NCBI GenBank assembly: GCA_016207885.1 | Contig: JACQZE010000027.1 | Coordinates: 11,944 to 75,943 of the forward strand | From: Nitrospirota bacterium | Lineage (GTDB): Bacteria > Nitrospirota > Thermodesulfovibrionia > UBA6902 | Direction of reading: 5' to 3' | DNA: 64,000 bases | In this document: positions 26,140 through 34,382 of the stretch, piece after piece | Layout of the letters: the number at the start of each line of letters is the position of its first letter | Position numbering within the stretch: the first letter of the stretch is position 1 | Made by a program: the position numbers and the translations under genes | Notes under the pieces: model-generated | The model's database searches: none | Seen by the model: only the letters and a program-made list of their open reading frames with translations | What the model was told of the DNA's origin: nothing

Positions 26140-27039
26140 ATGAGATTTATTAAACTGTTGCTCTTTATTAATCTGATTATTATTTTTGCCTCATGCAGGC
26201 AGTCACCTTCCGTTAAAAATGAAAAGGCCTACAGGATAGGCTACATGATCTGCAACAGTGAAGAAGAAACGCTTTACAGATTCAGGCCGCTGACAGCTTA
26301 TTTAGGTAAAAAACTCGGCGTAAAAACAGAGGCTGTGGCGATTGATACAACCAACTTTACAAAAGAGGTTGACAGCCTGGATTTTACTCATACGAATTCG
26401 CTTCTCTACATAATATTAAACCGCTATCACGGCGTCAGGGCATTGACAGCGGACAAACAGGGAGCGCTCGGATTTAGATCGAACGGGGCGATCGTCACAA
26501 GAAAGGACAGCGGGATAAATACGATAAAAGATTTGAAAGGGAAGAGCATGGCCTTCGGCCCCATGCTCGCGCCGACCGGATACTTACAGCAATACGACCT
26601 GATGATCCAAAGCGGTATAGATCCTGAAGATGACCTGTCGTTTTACACGATACCGGCAGGCACGTATAAACATGAAAAGGTGATCTACGGAGTTCTGTAC
26701 GGCATGTATGACGCCGGCGCGTTTCAGATGCTCGATTTTGAACGGATGGTTGAAGAGGGAAAGATCGACCGTGGTGATTTCAGGATAATCGCTGAGGGCG
26801 GATCGATCCCGTACTGCACCTTCGGCTCTGCGCAAAAGATCGACGAACCGCTCGCAAATGCCTTAAAGAAGGCATTGCTCGAATTAAAAAAGGAAGACAC
26901 GGTGGAAATAGACGGAGAGACTGTGAAGGTGCTTGCAAGGGCAAGGCTTGACGGTTTTCAGGATGTAAAAGATGAGGATTACGATGTTGTGAGAGACATC
27001 GCAAAGCGCACCAATATGCCGCCGTATCAAAAATATTAA
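26140..27039 (+). CDS. PhnD/SsuA-like periplasmic substrate-binding protein (phosphonate-binding family)
   Basis: Lipoprotein-like signal (…IIIFASC). The pattern YRIGYMI…ETLYRFRPLTAYLGKKLGVKTEAVAIDTTNFTKEVDSLDF…GAIVTRKDSGINTIKDLKGKSMAFGPMLAPTGYL…DAGAF is typical of the Phosphonate-bd (PhnD-like) fold. Confidence 0.65.
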   Translation: MRFIKLLLFINLIIIFASCRQSPSVKNEKAYRIGYMICNSEEETLYRFRPLTAYLGKKLGVKTEAVAIDTTNFTKEVDSLDFTHTNSLLYIILNRYHGVRALTADKQGALGFRSNGAIVTRKDSGINTIKDLKGKSMAFGPMLAPTGYLQQYDLMIQSGIDPEDDLSFYTIPAGTYKHEKVIYGVLYGMYDAGAFQMLDFERMVEEGKIDRGDFRIIAEGGSIPYCTFGSAQKIDEPLANALKKALLELKKEDTVEIDGETVKVLARARLDGFQDVKDEDYDVVRDIAKRTNMPPYQKY

Positions 27040-27109
27040 AATAGAAGCATGAGATCGTGACCTGTGTATGCCGTTTTTTACTATCGGCAATCGCAGGTGA
27101 AAAGACGAA

Positions 27110-27634
27110 ATGGATAAACTGGATAAAATCTCCATACTTTTTGCCCTTATATTTATCGCAGCTATTGCGGTTGTCAGCGCTGAATACCGCAGTGAATCAG
27201 GATTCCATATCAATCGTTCAGTTACTTACGCAGACAATACGGCGATCGCTGGCGGGATGGCCGCCGATCAGATCAAAACGATCAATAACCTGTTGGAGAG
27301 CGATAATTTTCTTAAGGCGGAAATGCTGCTTAATGAATTAATCAACAGGTATCCGTATGAAGGAGAGCTTCATATGCTGATGGGCGATATGATGATGAGG
27401 AAGCAGGATGCTGTCGGAGCGATCTTTAAGTACAGGGAAGCGGTTGACCTGAATCCCGATTATCTGGATAAGAAAGCGCCTCTCTTTCAGGGATATAAAA
27501 TTAAGGTTGCCGTTGAGGAGGCAAAGGTCAGGATTAATGAAACGCTCTCAAAACGGCATGATGATCAGGATGTGAAGGCGGCAAAAAAAAACATGTATTA
27601 TCTTTTAAAAAAACTGGCAGGATCCTGTGGGTAA
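27110..27634 (+). CDS. TPR-like repeat protein, secreted/anchored
   Basis: N-terminal hydrophobic segment (ISILFALIFIAAIAVVSA) followed by helical TPR-like repeats (FLKAEMLLNELINRYPYEGELHMLMGDMMMRKQDAVGAIFKYREAVDLNPDY). Confidence 0.55.
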   Translation: MDKLDKISILFALIFIAAIAVVSAEYRSESGFHINRSVTYADNTAIAGGMAADQIKTINNLLESDNFLKAEMLLNELINRYPYEGELHMLMGDMMMRKQDAVGAIFKYREAVDLNPDYLDKKAPLFQGYKIKVAVEEAKVRINETLSKRHDDQDVKAAKKNMYYLLKKLAGSCG

Positions 27635-28733
27635 GCTGAAATTCATATCAACAGGCATTTTACTCGGAGCCGGAGCGGTTCTGCTTTCTTATTTCGGCAA
27701 TCCGGCAAATACAGGCATATGCGTCTCCTGTTTTATGAGGAATATCGCAGGCGCCGTCGGAATGCACAACGATATAAGGATGCAGTATATCAGGCCGGAG
27801 ATCATAGCATTTGTTCTGGGCTCTTTTTTCGCGTCTCTTGCAGCGAGGGAATTCAAAGCGACTTCAGGAAGCTCGCCGCTTCTAAGGTTCTTTGTCGGCG
27901 TCTTTCTGATTTTCGGGTGTTCTGTATTCATCGGCTGTCCGATAAAACTGATCCTGCGCATATCTGCCGGAGATTTCACAGCTATTATCGGTGCAATTGG
28001 CCTTGCTGCAGGAGTCTGGACAGGTTTGCAATTTCTTGAAGGAGGTTTCAGGCTCGGAAGGCCTTCTGAGACACAGCGCGCGAACGGCTTTATCATTCCC
28101 GGCTTAATGCTGGCGCTTTTCATTCTCTTTATTGTTCAGGCGCCATTTATAAATTTCAGTACAAAGGGTTCTGCGGCACAACATGCGCCCGTGTGGGTAT
28201 CGTTGTTTTTCGGACTTCTTATCGGGGCCTTTGCTCAGATATCCGGCTTCTGCATTACCGGCGGCCTGGCAAGATTGTTTTTATGGGGGCCGAAAGAAGT
28301 CTACGGATGCCCGAAGTCAACAGGCCTTTTGATGGCAATAGGAGCATTCTTCCTGACCGCGCTGTCTGCAAATTTGCTCACTGGACAATTCTCTCCTGAT
28401 CTAACGACGCAGGCTGTAGTATCTGATACTTATTTGTGGGACGCGCTCGGTATGGGGCTTGTGGGATTTGGTTCTGTCCTGATTAAAGGATGCCCGTTCA
28501 GACAATTGATACTTTCAGGACAGGGCGATACCGATGCCGGAGTAACGGTAATGGGAATGCTTGTCGGCGGAGCGCTTGTGCAGAATTGGGGAATTGCTGC
28601 CGCCTCTACCGAGGTTCCGCTATGGGGAAAGATCGCTGTATTAGCCGGATTTGTTTTCCTGCTTATAATAGGCCTGCTCTATCGTGAAAGGGATAAAGGG
28701 CTTGCGCCTGAATACCAGACGGGATTGGATTGA
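27627..28733 (+). CDS. YeeE/YedE family sulfur-compound (thiosulfate-type) transporter, full-length two-repeat form
   Basis: 368-aa polytopic membrane protein with conserved cysteines in the hallmark positions (NTGICVSCF, IFGCSVFIGCPIKL, ISGFCITGG, IKGCPFRQL) of the Sulf_transp family. Confidence 0.75.
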   Translation: MGKLKFISTGILLGAGAVLLSYFGNPANTGICVSCFMRNIAGAVGMHNDIRMQYIRPEIIAFVLGSFFASLAAREFKATSGSSPLLRFFVGVFLIFGCSVFIGCPIKLILRISAGDFTAIIGAIGLAAGVWTGLQFLEGGFRLGRPSETQRANGFIIPGLMLALFILFIVQAPFINFSTKGSAAQHAPVWVSLFFGLLIGAFAQISGFCITGGLARLFLWGPKEVYGCPKSTGLLMAIGAFFLTALSANLLTGQFSPDLTTQAVVSDTYLWDALGMGLVGFGSVLIKGCPFRQLILSGQGDTDAGVTVMGMLVGGALVQNWGIAAASTEVPLWGKIAVLAGFVFLLIIGLLYRERDKGLAPEYQTGLD

Positions 28734-30664
28734 TCCAGGCGCTTAACAAAATCCTTAAAATGAAAAAACATAACAATAATGAATGCCGGATACACGGGAC
28801 ATCTCATAAGGGAGCTAACAGGACGCTCCTCTTCATGGTATTTGCATCTTTATTGCTTATTGTCTGGCATGTGTGGGTTTACGGCCCGACCGGCCACGCG
28901 GCAAGGCCTGAGTTATCACAAAAACCTTTTTTAGTGATCCTTGGGAATGAGATATGGGATATGCTCTTCAGCGGACACGGGATGCTTGCCGAGTTAAAAG
29001 ATATCTTCCCGTACTTTATCTTCGGGATACTTCTGGCCGGCCTCATACGCACATACAAGCTCACGATAAAACTTCGAAGCACTCTCAATCGTTACGGTTT
29101 CCTCAGTATTTTCTTGGCGTCGCTGATAGGGATATTAACACCTCTGTGCGCCTGCGGCACTCTTACGACTGCGGTCAGCCTGCTGTTTGCCGGGCTGCCG
29201 TTAGCTCCGGTTATGTCTCTTCTTGTGACTTCTCCGCTCATGAGCCCCTCAACTTACCTGCTCACGCTAAACGATCTGGGGCCGGAATGGACGGCCATCA
29301 GAACGATTGCCGCATTTCTGATGGGCATCTTTGCCGGGGTACTGACCCATCTCATCAGGAACAAAGGTTTTCATGCAGAGGCCATTTTCATTGAAGGCGC
29401 GATCCCAAGGGGTGATTTCCATGATGAGAATTATCCTGACGCCCGCCTGAGATGCAATTGCAAGGAGAAATTCGGAAACAGGGTAGCTGCCAGGACGAAT
29501 AATATGTTTATTGTCTTTCTTGCAAAGTCATCTGAGATGCTCTGGCTTGTCGGGAAATACGTTCTCATCGGAGTTGCAACAGGCAGCATCGTTCAGAGGT
29601 ATATGCCTTACGACTGGATCTATGAATTTTTCGGGCAGGAAGACAAGCTTAGCATAGTATGGATCACGCTCGGGTCGGTTCCGATATTTCTGCATCAGAT
29701 AAGCGCCTCAAGCATTCTATACCATATCAGGAGCACGCTTGACGGCACCATGAATGGAGGGGCGGGACTGGCTTTCCTTATCGGAGGGCCGGTAACGGCA
29801 ATTCCAACCATGGTAATGTTCTGGACGGTCTTTAAAAAGAGGGTGTTTTTCCTGTACCTGTTTGTCTGTGTTGCTGGAACAATTATGATCTCTTATGCTT
29901 TTCAATATTTCGTATTTACTCCATATGTTGACGCGGGCAATCCTGTTTTACGGGGCGTAAGTTCCATATCAGGAGGAAGTTCGGCAGTTATAACGAAAAT
30001 GCAAAATGGCAAACATGTGAGTATTGTCATGGATCCCGGCGGCAAAGGCATCATCGCTGCATTCAATAATTCAGCTGAAGGATACGGAGGCGTTGTCTTT
30101 GATTCCGGCGGCGAGAGATTCATGGAAGGTTCGGCAGATAAGTATGATAACCGGAGATATATAGAAAATATCGCGGCATGGCTGGAAGATAACAATGTAT
30201 CGGGAAACACGAGAAATATATTAATTTATAATACAGCCAGCGGATCAGGAACGGATAAGAATGCCTTCAGCCGAAGCGTAGTTGAGGGCCTTGAAAAAAA
30301 GGACGGATTTGAAATAAAGCTAACGGACAGAGAAGAGACTCCTCAAATAACCCGGGCATCGCTTGAAGAATACAGCCAGCTCTGGATAATTTTTGGAGAA
30401 GCAGATCCGGCATGTTGTTTCTCAGGCGCTGAGCTAAATACAATTACCGGATTTTCGCAAGATGGGAAAGGCCTGCTGATTGTTGACGGAAAACATCATG
30501 AAGGAACTGAAGGCCCGGCTGTCAACAGGCTGGCTTCCATTTTTGGCGTCGCCTTCTCCGGCTCTGTTGAAAATACGGAAGAGATCCGGGTAGCTAAGTC
30601 ATTCTATTTTTTCAACAGCATGTCTGAGATACTTGAAAGGTTTTACAAAAGGATGAGATACTGA
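28730..30664 (+). CDS. Permease of the DUF318/ArsP_1 family (TPLCxC motif) fused to a roughly 250-aa C-terminal soluble domain of unknown function
   Basis: The N-terminal half has about 8 TM helices and the ILTPLCACGT motif characteristic of ArsP_1/UPF0718 permeases. The C-terminal half (GGSSAVITKMQNGKHVSIVMDPGG…) has no recognisable motif. The start codon is uncertain: TTG at 28730 overlaps the upstream stop, and ATG at 28760 gives MKKHNNNE. Confidence 0.6.
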   Translation: MIQALNKILKMKKHNNNECRIHGTSHKGANRTLLFMVFASLLLIVWHVWVYGPTGHAARPELSQKPFLVILGNEIWDMLFSGHGMLAELKDIFPYFIFGILLAGLIRTYKLTIKLRSTLNRYGFLSIFLASLIGILTPLCACGTLTTAVSLLFAGLPLAPVMSLLVTSPLMSPSTYLLTLNDLGPEWTAIRTIAAFLMGIFAGVLTHLIRNKGFHAEAIFIEGAIPRGDFHDENYPDARLRCNCKEKFGNRVAARTNNMFIVFLAKSSEMLWLVGKYVLIGVATGSIVQRYMPYDWIYEFFGQEDKLSIVWITLGSVPIFLHQISASSILYHIRSTLDGTMNGGAGLAFLIGGPVTAIPTMVMFWTVFKKRVFFLYLFVCVAGTIMISYAFQYFVFTPYVDAGNPVLRGVSSISGGSSAVITKMQNGKHVSIVMDPGGKGIIAAFNNSAEGYGGVVFDSGGERFMEGSADKYDNRRYIENIAAWLEDNNVSGNTRNILIYNTASGSGTDKNAFSRSVVEGLEKKDGFEIKLTDREETPQITRASLEEYSQLWIIFGEADPACCFSGAELNTITGFSQDGKGLLIVDGKHHEGTEGPAVNRLASIFGVAFSGSVENTEEIRVAKSFYFFNSMSEILERFYKRMRY

Positions 30665-30734
30665 TTCAGGTGTAGCTTTTGCAGAGAGGGCTTATATTTT
30701 TGAATTGCTGTAAATAACATTTCCGGAGGGAATT

Positions 30735-31061
30735 ATGAAGAACAAGAGTGTTGTGCTGGACATCGCGAAGCTTAAAAAATTCAGTGAAGAAAAGAGGCAC
30801 CATGAAACAATATGGTCGGACAAACATTCAAAGATAAACCTCATATGCATGAAACCCGGGCAGGAAATTATAACCCATACGCATCATGGAAACCATATCT
30901 GGGTAGTTATGGAGGGCAAGGGGGAATTTATGACAGCAGGCGAGACACAGGCCATTGATATCGGCAAGATAGTGATCGTACCCGCTCTTGTAGACCACGG
31001 GATTCGCAATGCTTCAGATGAAGATCTTGTTATTGCGTCCCTGACGGCTCAGGGTGACTGA
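30735..31061 (+). CDS. Cupin domain protein
   Basis: 108 aa with …GQEIITHTHHGNHIWVVMEGKGEFMTAGE…IVIVPALVDHGIRN, the two-His cupin motifs. The stop overlaps the next start as ATGA. Confidence 0.75.
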   Translation: MKNKSVVLDIAKLKKFSEEKRHHETIWSDKHSKINLICMKPGQEIITHTHHGNHIWVVMEGKGEFMTAGETQAIDIGKIVIVPALVDHGIRNASDEDLVIASLTAQGD

Positions 31062-31386
31062 TAAGGCGGAATGGAAAATGAAAATATTCAGGAATGCTGA
31101 CGTAATGTGGCGGGAAGAGGACGAATACAGGGCGCAGGCTTATGAAAGGCTTGAAAAAGGAGAAGATGCCGAAAGGATCGGCACATCCGTTTTATTCCAC
31201 AATGGAATGATGCTGTCGCTTAACCTGCTTGGGACAGAGATATGGAAAAGGTGCGAGGGCGGGACGATCGATGAAATAGTATCTGAACTTACCGGGATAT
31301 TTGATGTTGAGCCTGAAGTCCTGAAAAAGGATGCGGAGGCATTTATCTCCGAGCTGAAAGAAAAGGGGTATCTCAGATATGAATGA
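31054..31386 (+). CDS. PqqD-family protein (RiPP recognition element-like chaperone)
   Basis: 110 aa; …VLFHNGMMLSLNLLGTEIWKRCEGGTIDEIVSELTGIFDVEPEVLKKDAEAFISELKEKGYL fits the PqqD/RRE pattern. It is translationally coupled to the downstream radical SAM gene. Confidence 0.7.
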   Translation: MTDKAEWKMKIFRNADVMWREEDEYRAQAYERLEKGEDAERIGTSVLFHNGMMLSLNLLGTEIWKRCEGGTIDEIVSELTGIFDVEPEVLKKDAEAFISELKEKGYLRYE

Positions 31387-32383
31387 CTTTCTTCCGGGCT
31401 CGCCGCTGACGATCAACTGGGCTGTTACGAACAAATGCAATTTTAAATGCAGCCACTGCTACAGCCGGAATGACCCCTCCGGTGAACTTGATATGAACCT
31501 GCTTTTTCAATGCGTTGAGAGAGTCGCAAAGGCAGGCGTACTTTCGATCAACTTTGGAGGCGGGGAGCCTCTGTTAAGGAGCGGCCTGATGGAAATAGCA
31601 CGGTTTGCTTCACAAAACGGCCTGCGGGTTTCCATGAACAGCAACGGTTTTTTAATAGACAACCGGAAGGCGGTTGACCTGAAAGTCAGCGGATTTTCAA
31701 AAGTCGGGATAAGCATTGACAGCCACCTGTCTGAGATCCACGATGAGTTCAGAGGCGCAATTGGCAGTCATGAAAGGGCGGTGAGGGCGCTTGACTGCCT
31801 GAATAAAGCAGGGATTGAGACATCCATATCAACCGTGATCTGCAGGATCAATCACAAGGATATTGACGCATTGGTTGAGTTTGCGGCCCGGAACAAAGTG
31901 AAACATCTCAATTTTCACAACTTCAAATGCTCAGGACTCGGATATTCAAATAAGGACAAGCTGGATCTATGCGGTGATGAATGGAAGGAATTTTATATCA
32001 AGGCGCTTGACGCAAAAAATAAAACTAAAGACCTGGATATATCGCTTGATGATCCTGTGATAGCTCTGCTGGGGGCTAATAAAAATGGATCGATGGTCAG
32101 GGGAAGCATCTGCGGGAAGCTTTCATTGAATATTAAATCAAACGGGGATATAACCCCATGCGGATTTATCCCGATCGTGATAGGCAATATCACAAAAGAC
32201 GATTTAAAAGACATATGGAAAAACTCTCCGGCGCTGATCAGGATGAGAAACAAAACACCAAAAGGCAAGTGCGTAACATGCGGCCATTATGCGGATTGTC
32301 TCGGCGGCTGTACAGCGCGCGCCATCGCGCTGACAGGCGACATGAACAACCCTGATCCGCATTGCTGGTATCATGAATCCTGA
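31379..32383 (+). CDS. Radical SAM enzyme with C-terminal SPASM domain
   Basis: The motif CNFKCSHCYS (Cx3Cx2C) lies at residues about 20-30, followed by GGGEPLL. The C-terminal auxiliary-cluster motifs are CGKLSLNIKSNGDITPCG…CVTCGHYADCLGGCTARA, i.e. a SPASM domain. Confidence 0.85.
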   Translation: MNDFLPGSPLTINWAVTNKCNFKCSHCYSRNDPSGELDMNLLFQCVERVAKAGVLSINFGGGEPLLRSGLMEIARFASQNGLRVSMNSNGFLIDNRKAVDLKVSGFSKVGISIDSHLSEIHDEFRGAIGSHERAVRALDCLNKAGIETSISTVICRINHKDIDALVEFAARNKVKHLNFHNFKCSGLGYSNKDKLDLCGDEWKEFYIKALDAKNKTKDLDISLDDPVIALLGANKNGSMVRGSICGKLSLNIKSNGDITPCGFIPIVIGNITKDDLKDIWKNSPALIRMRNKTPKGKCVTCGHYADCLGGCTARAIALTGDMNNPDPHCWYHES

Positions 32384-33239
32384 TAACTTGATAGATCCGT
32401 TCATCGTTTACTGGGACCTGAGGCCGTCGGGATACAGTGAAGAGACGATCTTAAATGTTTGCGATGAACTGATAAAGAGCAAAATATTTGTCCTTAATCT
32501 AAGAGATATTTCACATCCTCTAAGCGCCGCCTCGATCGGTATTCTCGAAAAACTGGGTGAAACGAATATTAAGATCAGGCTGACTGTGAAGCACGATGCC
32601 GTTGAACGGCCGATGATGGAGATATTACAGAAACGCAGGGTCTCTATTTTCACAGAGACGGATTCCATAGTAAAACTCCGATCCACTGATGCTGCCGTTA
32701 CGGGCAGTGTTTCATTTTTATTAAACAAAAATAACTTCCATGATATTCCTGACGTTATTTGCTTCTGCTTAAAGAGCCAGGTAACTGAACTTGAATTTCC
32801 GATACAGAGGGCTGAAGACAAAGATATATTTTATCCTGACTTCGAAAATATTGGCCGGCTTCATGATGAACTGAAATCAATGTCATTTGAAAAGCTGAAG
32901 GTAACGGTTCATGATCCTTTTCTCTGGAAGGCCTTTCATGACAAAGAACAGCATGAAGGAACGGGCTGTAACGGCGCAAACACGATGATCTATATCTCGC
33001 CGGATCTTGACGTTACTCCATGCCCTTTACTGCCTTTAAATATGGGGCATCTTGGCACTGATACTTTAAATGAAATCTTTTCTTCAGCCAAAAGACGGCA
33101 AATAAGAAAAACGCTTCTTGCTCCGCCTTATGAATGCCGGAAATGCGCCATGGTTGATAATTGCATAGGCGGCTGCAGGGGAAGGGCCTATGTTTTAGAT
33201 GATACCTTTGATAAGAAAGACCCGGCATGCCGGTTTTAG
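32373..33239 (+). CDS. SPASM-domain protein lacking the radical SAM Cx3Cx2C motif (degenerate radical-SAM-like partner)
   Basis: 288 aa with no Cx3Cx2C. The C-terminus (GCNGANTMIYISPDLDVTPCPLLP…YECRKCAMVDNCIGGCRGRA) is SPASM/twitch-like. The gene overlaps the upstream radical SAM gene by 11 nt. Confidence 0.6.
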   Translation: MNPDNLIDPFIVYWDLRPSGYSEETILNVCDELIKSKIFVLNLRDISHPLSAASIGILEKLGETNIKIRLTVKHDAVERPMMEILQKRRVSIFTETDSIVKLRSTDAAVTGSVSFLLNKNNFHDIPDVICFCLKSQVTELEFPIQRAEDKDIFYPDFENIGRLHDELKSMSFEKLKVTVHDPFLWKAFHDKEQHEGTGCNGANTMIYISPDLDVTPCPLLPLNMGHLGTDTLNEIFSSAKRRQIRKTLLAPPYECRKCAMVDNCIGGCRGRAYVLDDTFDKKDPACRF

Positions 33240-33330
33240 TGGTTTTGCATTCTGTTAAGGCTGCGGCTTTTGCAAAATACCATTTTCTGTTAGCCAAATT
33301 CATCATAAATATGTACAATAATGTACTATT

Positions 33331-33885
33331 GTGAACAGGAGATATGAAATGAAAAATTTGAAGTCAATGGTCTTTACAATTTTAGTTATTGTTTTTTTCG
33401 GGCTGACCGTTTTTTGCGGTCATTCAAATGCCGAAGATATGATGCCGTGGAAGCTTGACAGGGTGATAGGTTCACAGGCAACTGATTTTAAAATAAAGGA
33501 CCTGAAGGGCAATGATGTCACGCTCTCGTCTTTTAAAGGCAAGCCTGTACTGCTGAACATCTGGGCCACATGGTGCCCTTACTGCAGGAAAGAGAGGGCT
33601 GAGCTGAATGAACTGTATAAAGTGTATAACGCTAAAGGGCTGGTAATAATCTCGGTAGCTAATGACAGAGATATTGAAAAGGTAAAGCAGTATATCAAAA
33701 GCAATCCTGCCAGCTACATGGTTCTTTCAGATGAGGACGGCATTGTAACAGATGCCTACAGTGTTTACGGCTTGCCGACCAACTTCCTTATTGACCGCAA
33801 TGGTGTAATAAAAAACAAGTTCACGGGTTTTCGAAGCTGGACAGACCCTGAGTCAATAAAGATCCTGGACGACTTTATCAAGTAG
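33331..33885 (+). CDS. TlpA/ResA-family thiol:disulfide oxidoreductase (thioredoxin fold), membrane-anchored
   Basis: The WATWCPYC active site sits in the typical TlpA context (KGKPVLLNIWATWCPYCRKE), behind an N-terminal anchor (MVFTILVIVFFGLTVFCG). The more likely start is the ATG at 33349 (MKNLK…), which has an AGGAGA ribosome-binding site. Confidence 0.8.
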   Translation: MNRRYEMKNLKSMVFTILVIVFFGLTVFCGHSNAEDMMPWKLDRVIGSQATDFKIKDLKGNDVTLSSFKGKPVLLNIWATWCPYCRKERAELNELYKVYNAKGLVIISVANDRDIEKVKQYIKSNPASYMVLSDEDGIVTDAYSVYGLPTNFLIDRNGVIKNKFTGFRSWTDPESIKILDDFIK

Positions 33886-33895
33886 ATTTTATTTC

Positions 33896-33925
33896 TTGAC
33901 AAATAAAATCTCCAATGATTAGAAT
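33896..33925 (+). promoter_or_regulatory. Candidate sigma-70 promoter for gcvH-lpd (TTGACA-18 nt-TAGAAT)
   Basis: TTGACA (33896-33901), an 18-nt spacer, then TAGAAT (33920-33925). gcvH has a strong AAGGAGG ribosome-binding site at 33976-33982. Confidence 0.4.
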
Positions 33926-33989
33926 TTCTCTCATATCCAATGTTATATAGTTTTAATATTTAATAAACAATTTAATAAGGAGGAATATT

Positions 33990-34382
33990 ATGAATCCCGA
34001 AGACGTTAAATATCACAAGGAGCACACCTGGGTAAAAGTTGAGGACAAGAAGGCTACGGTCGGCATCACTGACTATGCCCAGGAATCCCTTGGAGACATC
34101 GTTTATATTGATGCTCCTGAACTTGACGGGGAAGTAGATGCGGGGACAGAGCTCACTCAGATCGAGTCTACCAAGGCCACTTCTTCCGTGATAAGCCCCG
34201 TGACAGGTACCATTGTAAAGATAAACGAGGACCTTTCCGACTCTCCTGAGATCATCAATGAGGATCCCTACGGCAAGGGCTGGATAGCTGTCCTTGATAT
34301 TGATGACGAGGGCCAGCTTAACGGCCTTATGGATCTGGAGGCTTATGAGAAATATCTTGAGGAAGAGGTGAAGCTTAAATAA
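33990..34382 (+). CDS. gcvH: Glycine cleavage system H protein (lipoyl carrier)
   Basis: 130 aa; the ESTKA lipoyl-lysine motif lies in a typical GcvH context (GTELTQIESTKATSSVISPVTG). Confidence 0.9.
   Translation: MNPEDVKYHKEHTWVKVEDKKATVGITDYAQESLGDIVYIDAPELDGEVDAGTELTQIESTKATSSVISPVTGTIVKINEDLSDSPEIINEDPYGKGWIAVLDIDDEGQLNGLMDLEAYEKYLEEEVKLK

Noticed and set aside
33239-33337. 32-codon GTG ORF (VVLHSVKAAAFAKYHFLLAKFIINMYNNVLL) directly after the SPASM-only gene, considered as the missing RiPP precursor.
   Set aside because: It has no ribosome-binding site, its GTG start overlaps the upstream stop, its composition is hydrophobic and low-complexity with no Cys/Ser/Thr-rich core, and it overlaps the likely promoter and ribosome-binding region of tlpA.
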